Of a DNA stretch of 64,000 bases, positions 15,001 to 27,970 are shown in pieces; within the stretch, counting starts at the first letter, position 1, and each line of letters opens with the position of its first letter. Where the stretch lies: the NCBI GenBank assembly GCA_040954595.2, contig CM082588.2, forward strand, positions 1,743,027 to 1,807,026. The letters are read 5' to 3'. A program made the position numbers and the translations under genes. The DNA is from Balanoglossus misakiensis. Lineage: Eukaryota > Animalia > Hemichordata. The notes beneath the pieces were generated by a model. It saw only the letters and a program-made list of their open reading frames with translations, had not been told where the DNA came from and did not search any database.

Positions 15001-18000
15001 AAACCATGGGTTATAGCTCATGAAAATCATCCAGAAATGTCAATTTTTCGACCTCGCGAAATTTCAAAATTTGGTGGTTTTTGGATAAAAACCATGGGTT
15101 ATAGCTCATGAAAATCATCCAGAAATGTCAATTTTCGACTTCGCGAAATTTCAAAATTTGGTGGTTTTTCGACAAAAACCATAGGTTATAGCTCATGAAA
15201 ATCATCCAGAAATGTCAATTTTTCGACTTCGCGAAATTTCAAAATTTGGTGGTTTTTCGACAAAAACCATGGGTTATAGCTCATGAAAATCATCCAGAAA
15301 TGTCAATTTTTCGACTTCGCGAAATTTCAAAATTTTGTGGTTTTTCGACAAAAACCATGGGCTATAGCTCATGAAAATCATCCAGAAATGTCAATTTTTC
15401 GACTTCGCGAAATTTCAAAATTTGGTGGTTTTTCGACAAAAACCATGGGTTATAGCTCATGAAAATCATCCAGAAATGTCAATTTTTCGACTTCGCGAAA
15501 TTTCAAAATTTGGTGGTTTTTCGACAAAAACCATGGGTTATAGCTCATGAAAATCATCCAGAAATGTCAATTTTTCGACTTCGCGAAATTTCAAAATTTG
15601 GTGGTTTTTCGACAAAAACCATGGGTTATAGCTCATGAAAATCATCCAGAAATGTCAATTTTTCGACCTCGCGAAATTTCAAAATTGGGGGGTTTTTGGA
15701 TAAAAACCATGGGTTATAGCTCATGAAAATCATCCAGAAATGTCAATTTTTCGACCTCGCGAAATTTCAAATTTTGGTGGTTTTTGGATAAAAACCATGG
15801 GTTATAGCTCATGAAAATCATCCAGGAATGTCAATTTTTCGACCTCGCGAAATTTCAAAATTTGGTGGTTTTTGGATAAAAACCATGAGCTATAGCTCAT
15901 GAAAATCATCCAGAAATGTCAATTTTTCGACCTCGCGAAATTTCAAAATTTGGTGGTTTTTGGATAAAAACCATGAGCTATAGCTCATGAAAATCATCCA
16001 GAAATGTCAATTTTTCGACCTCGCGAAATTTCAAAATTTGGTGGTTTTTGGATAAAAACCATGGGTTATAGCTCATGAAAATCATCCAGAAATGTCAATT
16101 TTTCGACTTCGCGAAATTTCAAAATTTGGTGGTTTTTCGACAAAAACCATGGGTTATAGCTCATGAAAATCATCCAGAAATGTCAATTTTTCGACTTCGC
16201 GAAATTTCAAAATTTGGTGCTTTTTCGACAAAAACCATGGGTTATAGCTCATGAAAATCATCCAGAAATGTCAATTTTTCGACTTCGCGAAATTTCAAAA
16301 TTTGGTGGTTTTTCGACAAAAACCATGGGTTATAGATCATGAAAATCATCCAGAAATGTCAATTTTTCGACTTCGCGAAATTTCAAAATTTGGTGGTTTT
16401 TCGACAAAAACCATGGGCTATAGCTCATGAAAATCATCCAGAAATGTAAATTTTTCGACTTCGCGAAATTTCAAAATTTGGTGGTTTTTCGACAAAAACC
16501 ATGGGCTATAGCTCTTGAAAATCATCCAGAAATGTCAATTTTTCGACTTCGCGAAATTTCAAAATTTGGTGGTTTTTCGACAAAAACCATGGGTTATAGC
16601 TCATGAAAATCATCCAGAAATGTCAATTTTTCGACTTCGCGAAATTTCAAAATTTGGTGGTTTTTCGACAAAAACCATGGGTTATAGCTCATGAAAATCA
16701 TCCAGAAATGTCAATTTTTCGACCTCGCGAAATTTCAAAATTGGGTGGTTTTTGGATAAAAACCATGGGTTATAGCTCATGAAAATCATCCAGAAATGTC
16801 AATTTTTCGACCTCGCGAAATTTCAAAATTTGGTGGTTTTTGGATAAAAACCATGGGTTATAGCTCATGAAAATCATCCAGAAATGTCAATTTTTCGACT
16901 TCGCGAAATTTCATAATTTGGTGGTTTTTGGATAAAAACCATGGGTTATAGCTCATGAAAATCATCCAGAAATGTCAATTTTTCGACTTCGCGAAATTTC
17001 AATATTTGGTGGTTTTTGGATAAAAACCATGGGTTATAGCTCATGAAAATCATCCAGAAATGTCAATTTTTCGACTTCGCGAAATTTCAAAATTTGGTGG
17101 TTTTTGGATAAAAACCATGGGTTATAGCTCATGAAAATCATCCAGAAATGTCAATTTTTCGACTTCGCGAAATTTCAAATTTTGGTGGTTTTTGGATAAA
17201 AACCATGGGTTATAGCTCATGAAAATCATCCAGGAATGTCAATTTTTCGACCTCGCGAAATTTCAAAATTTGGTGGTTTTTGGATAAAAACCATGAGCTA
17301 TAGCTCATGAAAATCATCCAGAAATGTCAATTTTTCGACCTCGCGAAATTTCAAAATTTGGTGGTTTTTGGATAAAAACCATGGGTTATAGCTCATGAAA
17401 ATCATCCAGAAATGTCAATTTTTCGACCTCGCGAAATTTCAAAATTTGGTGGTTTTTGGATAAAAACCATGGGTTATAGCTCATGAAAATCATCCAGGAA
17501 TGTCAATTTTTCGACCTCGCGAAATTTCAAAATTTTGTGGTTTTTGGATAAAAACCATGGGTTATAGCTCATGAAAATCATCCAGAAATGTCAATTTTTC
17601 GACCTCGCGAAATTTCAAAATTGGGTGGTTTTTGGATAAAAACCATGGGTTATAGCTCATGAAAATCATCCAGAAATGTCAATTTTTCGACCTCGCGAAA
17701 TTTCAAAATTGGGTGGTTTTTGGATAAAAACCATGGGTTATAGCTCATGAAAATCATCCAGAAATGTCAATTTTTCGACTTCGCGAAATTTCATAATTTG
17801 GTGGTTTTTGGATAAAAACCATGGGTTATAGCTCATGAAAATCATCCAGAAATGTCAATTTTTCGACTTCGCGAAATTTCAATATTTGGTGGTTTTTGGA
17901 TAAAAACCATGGGTTATAGCTCATGAAAATCATCCAGAAATGTCAATTTTTCGACCTCGCGAAATTTCAAAATTGGGTGGTTTTTGGATAAAAACCATGG

Positions 18001-21000
18001 GTTATAGCTCATGAAAATCATCCAGAAATGTCAATTTTTCGACTTCGCGAAATTTCAAATTTTGGTGGTTTTTGGATAAAAACCATGGGTTATAGCTCAT
18101 GAAAATCATCCAGGAATGTCAATTTTTCGACCTCGCGAAATTTCAAAATTTGGTGGTTTTTGGATAAAAACCATGAGCTATAGCTCATGAAAATCATCCA
18201 GAAATGTCAATTTTTCGACCTCGCGAAATTTCAAAATTTGGTGGTTTTTGGATAAAAACCATGGGTTATAGCTCATGAAAATCATCCAGAAATGTCAATT
18301 TTTCGACCTCGCGAAATTTCAAAATTTGGTGGTTTTTGGATAAAAACCATGGGTTATAGCTCATGAAAATCATCCAGGAATGTCAATTTTTCGACCTCGC
18401 GAAATTTCAAAATTTTGTGGTTTTTGGATAAAAACCATGGGTTATAGCTCATGAAAATCATCCAGAAATGTCAATTTTTCGACTTCGCGAAATTTCAAAA
18501 TTTGGTGATTTTTCGATAAAAACCATGGGCTATAGCTCATGAAAATCATCCAGAAATGTCAATTTTTCGACTTCGCGAAATTTCAAAATTTGGTGCTTTT
18601 TCGACAAAAACCATGGGTTATAGCTCATGAAAATCATCCAGAAATGTCAATTTTTTGACTTCGCGAAATTTCAAAATTTGGTGCTTTTTCGACAAAAACC
18701 ATGGGTTATAGCTCATGAAAATCATCCAGAAATGTCAATTTTTCGACTTCGCGAAATTTCAAAATTTGGTGGTTTTTCGACAAAAACCATGGGTTATAGC
18801 TCATGAAAATCATCCAGAAATGTCAATTTTTCGACCTCGCGAAATTTCAAAATTGGGTGGTTTTTGGATAAAAACCATGGGTTATAGCTCATGAAAATCA
18901 TCCAGAAATGTCAATTTTTCGACTTCGCGAAATTTCAAAATTTGGTGGTTTTTCGACAAAAACCATGGGCTATAGCTCATGAAAATCATCCAGAAATGTC
19001 AATTTTTCGACTTCGCGAAATTTCAAAATTTGGTGGTTTTTCGACAAAAACCATGGGTTATAGCTCATGAAAATCATCCAGAAATGTCAATTTTTCGACT
19101 TCGCGAAATTTGAAAATTTGGTGGTTTTTCGACAAAAACCATGGGTTATAGCTCATGAAAATCATCCAGAAATGTCAATTTTTCGACTTCGCGAAATTTC
19201 AAAATTTGGTGGTTTTTCGACAAAAACCATGGGCTATAGCTCATGAAAATCATCCAGAAATGTCAATTTTTCGACTTCGCGAAATTTCAAAATTTGGTGG
19301 TTTTTCGACAAAAACCATGGGCTATAGCTCATGAAAATCATCCAGAAATGTCAATTTTTCGACTTCGCGAAATTTCAAAATTTGGTGGTTTTTCGACAAA
19401 AACCATGGGCTATAGCTCATGAAAATCATCCAGAAATGTCAATTTTTCGACTTCGCGAAATTTCAAAATTTGGTGGTTTTTCGACAAAAACCATGGGCTA
19501 TAGCTCATGAAAATCATCCAGAAATGTCAATTTTTCGACTTCGCGAAATTTCAAAATTTGGTGGTTTTTCGACAAAAACCATGGGCTATCGCTCATGAAA
19601 ATCATCCAGAAATGTCAATTTTTCGACTTCGCGAAATTTCAAAATTTGGTGGTTTTTCGACAAAAACCATGGGCTATAGCTCATGAAAATCATCCAGAAA
19701 TGTCAATTTTTCGACTTCGCGAAATTTCAAAATTTGGTGGTTTTTCGACAAAAACCATGGGTTATAGCTCATGAAAATCATCCAGAAATGTCAATTTTTC
19801 GACTTCGCGAAATTTCAAAATTTGGTGGTTTTTCGACAAAAACCATGGGCTATCGCTCATGAAAATCATCCAGAAATGTCAATTTTTCGACTTCGCGAAA
19901 TTTCAAAATTTGGTGGTTTTTCGACAAAAACCATGGGCTATAGCTCATGAAAATCATCCAGAAATGTCAATTTTTCCACTTCGCGAAATTTCAAAATTTG
20001 GTGATTTTTCGACAAAAACAATGGGTTATAGCTCATGAAAATCATCCAGAAATGTCAATTTTTCCACTTCGCGAAATTTCAAAATTTGGTGGTTTTTCGA
20101 CAAAAACCATGAGTTATAGCTCATGAAAATCATCCAGAAATGTCAATTTTTCGACTTCGCGAAATTTCAAAATTTGGTGGTTTTTCGACAAAAACCATGG
20201 GTTATAGCTCATGAAAATCATCCAGAAATGTCAATTTTTCCACTTCGCGAAATTTCAAAATTTGGTGGTTTTTCGACAAAAACCATGGGTTATAGCTCAT
20301 GAAAATCATCCAGAAATGTCAATTTTTCCACTTCGCGAAATTTCAAAATTTGGTGGTTTTTCGACAAAAACCATGGGTTATAGCTCATGAAAATCATCCA
20401 GAAATGTCAATTTTTCCACTTCGCGAAATTTCAAAATTTGGTGGTTTTTTGACAAAAACCATGGGTTATAGCTCATGAAAATCATCCAGAAATGTCAATT
20501 TTTCGACTTCGCGAAATTTCAAAATTTGGTGGTTTTTCGACAAAAACCATGGGTTATAGCTCATGAAAATCATCCAGAAATGTCAATTTTTCCACTTCGC
20601 GAAATTTCAAAATTTGGTGGTTTTTCGACAAAAACCATGGGTTATAGCTCATGAAAATCATCCAGAAATGTCAATTTTTCCACTTCGCGAAATTTCAAAA
20701 TTTGGTGGTTTTTCGACAAAAACCATGGGTTATAGCTCATGAAAATCATCCAGAAATGTCAATTTTCGACTTCGCGAAATTTCAAAATTTGGTGGTTTTT
20801 CGACAAAAACCATGGGTTATAGCTCATGAAAATCATCCAGAAATGTCAATTTTTCGACTTCGCGAAATTTCAAAATTTGGTGGTTTTTCGACAAAAACCA
20901 TGGGTTATAGCTCATGAAAATCATCCAGAAATGTCAATTTTTCGACTTCGCGAAATTTCAAAATTTGGTGGTTTTTTGACAAAAACCATGGGTTATAGCT

Positions 21001-24000
21001 CATGAAAATCATCCAGAAATGTCAATTTTTCGACTTCGCGAAATTTCAAAATTTGGTGGTTTTTCGACAAAAACCATGGGTTATAGCTCATGAAAATCAT
21101 CCAGAAATGTCAATTTTTCGACTTCGCGAAATTTCAAAATTTGGTGGTTTTTCGACAAAAACCATGGGTTATAGCTCATGAAAATCATCCAGAAATGTCA
21201 ATTTTTCCACTTCGCGAAATTTCAAAATTTGGTGGTTTTTCGACAAAAACCATGGGTTATAGCTCATGAAAATCATCCAGAAATGTCAATTTTCGACTTC
21301 GCGAAATTTCAAAATTTGGTGGTTTTTCGACAAAAACCATGGGTTATAGCTCATGAAAATCATCCAGAAATGTCAATTTTTCGACTTCGCGAAATTTCAA
21401 AATTTGGTGGTTTTTCGACAAAAACCATGGGTTATAGCTCATGAAAATCATCCAGAAATGTCAATTTTTCGACTTCGCGAAATTTCAAAATTTGGTGGTT
21501 TTTCGACAAAAACCATGGGTTATAGCTCATGAAAATCATCCAGAAATGTCAATTTTTCGACTTCGCGAAATTTCAAAATTTGGTGGTTTTTCGACAAAAA
21601 CCATGGGTTATAGCTCATGAAAATCATCCAGAAATGTCAATTTTTCGACTTCGCGAAATTTCAAAATTTGGTGGTTTTTCGACAAAAACCATGGGTTATA
21701 GCTCATGAAAATCATCCAGAAATGTCAATTTTTCGACTTCGCGAAATTTCAAAATTTGGTGGTTTTTCGACAAAAACCATGGGTTATAGCTCATGAAAAT
21801 CATCCAGAAATGTCAATTTTTCGACTTCGCGAAATTTCAAAATTTGGTGGTTTTTCGACAAAAACCATGGGTTATAGCTCATGAAAATCATCCAGAAATG
21901 TCAATTTTTCGACTTCGCGAAATTTCAAAATTTGGTGGTTTTTCGACAAAAACCATGGGTTATAGCTCATGAAAATCATTCAGAAATGTCAATTTTTCCA
22001 CTTCGCGAAATTTCAAAATTTGGTGGTTTTTCGACAAAAACCATGGGTTATAGCTCATGAAAATCATCCAGAAATGTCAATTTTTCCACTTCGCGAAATT
22101 TCAAAATTTGGTGGTTTTTTGACAAAAACCATGGGTTATAGCTCATGAAAATCATCCAGAAATGTCAATTTTTCGACTTCGCGAAATTTCAAAATTTGGT
22201 GGTTTTTCGACAAAAACCATGGGCTATAGCTCATGAAAATCATCCAGAAATGTCAATTTTTCCACTTCGCGAAATTTCAAAATTTGGTGGTTTTTCGACA
22301 AAAACCATGGGTTATAGCTCATGAAAATCATCCAGAAATGTCAATTTTTCGACTTCGCGAAATTTCAAAATTTGGTGGTTTTTCGACAAAAACCATGGGT
22401 TATAGCTCATGAAAATCATCCAGAAATGTCAATTTTTCCACTTCGCGAAATTTCAAAATTTGGTGGTTTTTCGACAAAAACCATGGGTTATAGCTCATGA
22501 AAATCATCCAGAAATGTCAATTTTTCCACTTCGCGAAATTTCAAAATTTGGTGGTTTTTCGACAAAAACCATGGGTTATAGCTCATGAAAATCATCCAGA
22601 AATGTCAATTTTTCCACTTCGCGAAATTTCAAAATTTGGTGGTTTTTCGACAAAAACCATGGGTTATAGCTCATGAAAATCATCCAGAAATGTCAATTTT
22701 TCCACTTCGCGAAATTTCAAAATTTGGTGGTTTTTCGACAAAAACCATGGGTTATAGCTCATGAAAATCATCCAGAAATGTCAATTTTTCGACTTCGCGA
22801 AATTTCAAAATTTGGTGGTTTTTCGACAAAAACCATGGGTTATAGCTCATGAAAATCATCCAGAAATGTCAATTTTTCGACTTCGCGAAATTTCAAAATT
22901 TGGTGGTTTTTCGACAAAAACCATGGGTTATAGCTCATGAAAATCATCCAGAAATGTCAATTTTTCGACTTCGCGAAATTTCAAAATTTGGTGGTTTTTC
23001 GACAAAAACCATGGGTTATAGCTCATGAAAATCATCCAGAAATGTCAATTTTTCGACTTCGCGAAATTTCAAAATGTGGTGGTTTTTCGACAAAAACCAT
23101 GGGTTATAGCTCATGAAAATCATCCAGAAATGTCAATTTTCGACTTCGCGAAATTTCAAAATTTGGTGGTTTTTCGACAAAAACCATGGGTTATAGCTCA
23201 TGAAAATCATCCAGAAATGTCAATTTTTCGACTTCGCGAAATTTCAAAATTTGGTGGTTTTTCGACAAAAACCATGGGTTATAGCTCATGAAAATCATCC
23301 AGAAATGTCAATTTTTCGACTTCGCGAAATTTCAAAATTTGGTGGTTTTTCGACAAAAACCATGGGTTATAGCTCATGAAAATCATCCAGAAATGTCAAT
23401 TTTTCGACTTCGCGAAATTTCAAAATTTGGTGGTTTTTCGACAAAAACCATGGGTTATAGCTCATGAAAATCATCCAGAAATGTCAATTTTTCGACTTCG
23501 CGAAATTTCAAAATTTGGTGGTTTTTCGACAAAAACCATGGGTTATAGCTCATGAAAATCATCCAGAAATGTCAATTTTTCGACTTCGCGAAATTTCAAA
23601 ATTTGGTGGTTTTTCGACAAAAACCATGGGTTATAGCTCATGAAAATCATCCAGAAATGTCAATTTTTCGACTTCGCAAAATTTCAAAATTTGGTGGTTT
23701 TTCGACAAAAACCATGGGTTATAGCTCATGAAAATCATCCAGAAATGTCAATTTTTCGACTTCGCGAAATTTCAAAATTTGGTGGTTTTTCGACAAAAAC
23801 CATGGGTTATAGCTCATGAAAATCATCCAGAAATGTCAATTTTTCGACTTCGCGAAATTTCAAAATGTGGTGGTTTTTCGACAAAAACCATGGGTTATAG
23901 CTCATGAAAATCATCCAGAAATGTCAATTTTTCGACTTCGCGAAATTTCAAAATGTGGTGGTTTTTCGACAAAAACCATGGGTTATAGCTCATGAAAATC

Positions 24001-27000
24001 ATCCAGAAATGTCAATTTTTCGACTTCGCGAAATTTCAAAATCTGGTGGTTTTTCGACAAAAACCATGGGTTATAGCTCATAAAAATCATCCAGAAATGT
24101 CAATTTTTCGACTTCGCGAAATTTCAAAATCTGGTGGTTTTTCGACAAAAACCATGGGTTATAGCTCATGAAAATCATCCAGAAATGTCAATTTTTCGAC
24201 TTCGCGAAATTTCAAAATCTGGTGGTTTTTCGACAAAAACCATGGGTTATAGCTCATGAAAATCATCCAGAAATGTCAATTTTTCGACTTCGCGAAATTT
24301 CAAAATTTGGTGGTTTTTCGACAAAAACCATGGGTTATAGCTCATGAAAATCATCCAGAAATGTCGATTTTTCGACTTCGCGAAATTTCAAAATTTGGTG
24401 GTTTTTGGACAAAAACCATGGGTTATAGCTCATGAAAATCATCCAGAAATGTCGATTTTTCGACTTCGCGAAATTTCAAAATTTGGTGGTTTTTGGATAA
24501 AAACCATGGGTTATAGCTCATGAAAATCATCCAGAAATGTCGATTTTTCGACTTCGCGAAATTTCAAAATTTGGTGGTTTTTGGATAAAAACCATGGGTT
24601 ATAGCTCATGAAAATCATCCAGAAATGTCAATTTTTCGACTTCGCGAAATTTCAAAATTTGGTGGTTTTTCGACAAAAACCATGGGTTATAGCTCATGAA
24701 AATCATCCAGAAATGTCAATTTTTCGACTTCGCGAAATTTCAAAATTTGGTGGTTTTTCGACAAAAACCATGGGTTATAGCTCATGAAAATCATCCAGAA
24801 ATGTCAATTTTTCGACTTCGCGAAATTTCAAAATTTGGTGGTTTTTCGACAAAAACCATGGGTTATAGCTCATGAAAATCATCCAGAAATGTCAATTTTT
24901 CGACTTCGCGAAATTTCAAAATTTGGTGGTTTTTCGACAAAAACCATGGGTTATAGCTCATGAAAATCATCCAGAAATGTCAATTTTTCGACTTCGCAAA
25001 ATTTCAAAATTTGGTGGTTTTTCGACAAAAACCATGGGTTATAGCTCATGAAAATCATCCAGAAATGTCAATTTTTCGACTTCGCGAAATTTCAAAATTT
25101 GGTGGTTTTTCGACAAAAACCATGGGTTATAGCTCATGAAAATCATCCAGAAATGTCAATTTTTCGACTTCGCGAAATTTCAAAATGTGGTGGTTTTTCG
25201 ACAAAAACCATGGGTTATAGCTCATGAAAATCATCCAGAAATGTCAATTTTTCGACTTCGCGAAATTTCAAAATGTGGTGGTTTTTCGACAAAAACCATG
25301 GGTTATAGCTCATGAAAATCATCCAGAAATGTCAATTTTTCGACTTCGCGAAATTTCAAAATCTGGTGGTTTTTCGACAAAAACCATGGGTTATAGCTCA
25401 TAAAAATCATCCAGAAATGTCAATTTTTCGACTTCGCGAAATTTCAAAATCTGGTGGTTTTTCGACAAAAACCATGGGTTATAGCTCATGAAAATCATCC
25501 AGAAATGTCAATTTTTCGACTTCGCGAAATTTCAAAATCTGGTGGTTTTTCGACAAAAACCATGGGTTATAGCTCATGAAAATCATCCAGAAATGTCAAT
25601 TTTTCGACTTCGCGAAATTTCAAAATTTGGTGGTTTTTCGACAAAAACCATGGGTTATAGCTCATGAAAATCATCCAGAAATGTCGATTTTTCGACTTCG
25701 CGAAATTTCAAAATTTGGTGGTTTTTGGACAAAAACCATGGGTTATAGCTCATGAAAATCATCCAGAAATGTCGATTTTTCGACTTCGCGAAATTTCAAA
25801 ATTTGGTGGTTTTTGGATAAAAACCATGGGTTATAGCTCATGAAAATCATCCAGAAATGTCGATTTTTCGACTTCGCGAAATTTCAAAATTTGGTGGTTT
25901 TTGGATAAAAACCATGGGTTATAGCTCATGAAAATCATCCAGAAATGTCGATTTTTCGACTTCGCGAAATTTCAAAATTTGGTGGTTTTTGGATAAAAAC
26001 CATGGGTTATAGCTCATGAAAATCATCCAGAAATGTCGATTTTTCGACTTCGCGAAATTTCAAAATTTGGTGGTTTTTCGACAAAAACCATGGGTTATAG
26101 CTCATGAAAATCATCCAGAAATGTCAATTTTTCGACTTCGCGAAATTTCAAAATTTGGTGGTTTTTCGACAAAAACCATGGGTTATAGCTCATGAAAATC
26201 ATCCTGAAATGTCGATTTTTCGACTTCGCGAAATTTCAAAATTTGGTGGTTTTTCGACAAAAACCATGGGTTATAGCTCATGAAAATCATCCAGAAATGT
26301 CGATTTTTCGACTTCGCGAAATTTCAAAATTTGGTGGTTTTTCGACAAAAACCATGGGTTATAGCTCATGAAAATCATCCAGAAATGTCGATTTTTCGAC
26401 TTCGCGAAATTTCAAAATTTGGTGGTTTTTGGACAAAAACCATGGGTTATAGCTCATGAAAATCATCCAGAAATGTCGATTTTTCGACTTCGCGAAATTT
26501 CAAAATTTGGTTGTTTTTGGATAAAAACCATGGGTTATAGCTCATGAAAATCATCCAGAAATGTCAATTTTTCGACTTCGCGAAATTTCAAAATTTGGTG
26601 GTTTTTCGACAAAAACCATGGGTTATAGCTCATGAAAATCATCCGGAAATGTCAATTTTTCGACTTCGCGAAATTTCAAAATTTGGTGGTTTTTGGATAA
26701 AAACCATGGGTTATAGCTCATGAAAATCATCCAGAAATGTCGATTTTTCGACTTCGCGAAATTTCAAAATTTGGTGGTTTTTGGATAAAAACCATGGGTT
26801 ATAGCTCATGAAAATCATCCAGAAATGTCGATTTTTCGACTTCGCGAAATTTCAAAATTTGGTGGTTTTTGGATAAAAACCATGGGTTATAGCTCATGAA
26901 AATCATCCAGAAATGTCGATTTTTCGACTTCGCGAAATTTCAAAATTTGGTGGTTTTTGGATAAAAACCATGGGTTATAGCTCATGAAAATCATCCAGAA

Positions 27001-27190
27001 ATGTCGATTTTTCGACTTCGCGAAATTTCAAAATTTGGTGGTTTTTGGATAAAAACCATGGGTTATAGCTCATGAAAATCATCCAGAAATGTCGATTTTT
27101 CGACTTTGCGAATTTTCAAAAGTTCTTCATTTTTTGAAAAAAATCATAGGTTATAGCTTATGAAAATCATCCAAAACTGACATCTGAAAA
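1..27190. repeat. 88-bp tandem satellite array, ~308 head-to-tail monomers, running off the left edge of the window
   Basis: Consensus GCTCATGAAAATCATCCAGAAATGTCAATTTTTCGACTTCGCGAAATTTCAAAATTTGGTGGTTTTTCGACAAAAACCATGGGTTATA repeats in one orientation with only a few substitutions per monomer. The last monomer (~27100-27190) is degenerate. Confidence 0.99.
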
Positions 27191-27455
27191 TATACTTCTC
27201 TATATACATCCGACTTCCACCGGAGCTGGTTGGACCTGGTCGATGAAGTGACTCTTACAAGGAAATATTTGCCACAACAGGTAGGACTTCTTTCATATTT
27301 GTTATCAGACTTCGATACTAGTACACGTACTCTTCATGTGTGTGGTACCAATTTTCAGGAGTACACTTTAAAATGAAGAATCGCTTTCACCAATCAAACG
27401 TGCAGTCGCCTTTCACACAAGTCAAAACACGGAGTGCAATATTTCCTTGGAACTC

Positions 27456-27461
27456 TTTATT
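27456..27461 (-). terminator. Probable polyadenylation signal (AATAAA) of SON
   Basis: TTTATT on + lies ~510 bp downstream of the SON stop codon. Position only; no transcript data. Confidence 0.5.
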
Positions 27462-27970
27462 GAGTAAAAATTAAATGCTGATAAATGAATTCTAATACGG
27501 TATAAAAACTCATGAACCACTGAGTAAAGCATTCGGTTGGCTAAATGATCCACCACTTGCGGGCGTCCTCAAGTGTCAGGTCTTTCAATTCAGGCCTACG
27601 TACCATCCCAGTTCACATATTACTTATATGTTTGAAATGTCCATGATTTGTGTCCACGTTTGGCCTGTTCCATCGACCTCACTAAAAAGCAATCCATACT
27701 AAGTCATGCTTATAATTTGCAAATTGTTTGTCGCAGAATTTTCATTCATGTTTCAACAACGATCTTGCAAATCTCATTACTTTTTTTACATATCTGCCAG
27801 CTTTGGGTTTGGTTTTTTGGAAAACCATTTGTAAACGTCAGTCAGATTAAACTTCCCCTTTAAATGGGGTTTTGCTAGTTAGATTAATGTCATATGTGGT
27901 CATAGGAGACCAAGTCCGTGGGTTACTGTAGTGTTTTAGAGTCCAAGGGGTAAGGGTCTCAAAGTACGGC

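Noticed and set aside
334-23291. Repetitive ORFs (MKIIQKCQFF..., ...IAHENHPEMSIF...)
   Set aside because: They are translations of the 88-bp satellite. 88 is not a multiple of 3, and the longer ORFs coincide with indels.
1-27190. CRISPR array or telomeric repeat
   Set aside because: No unique spacers, no cas genes, eukaryotic context, and no TTAGGG-type units.
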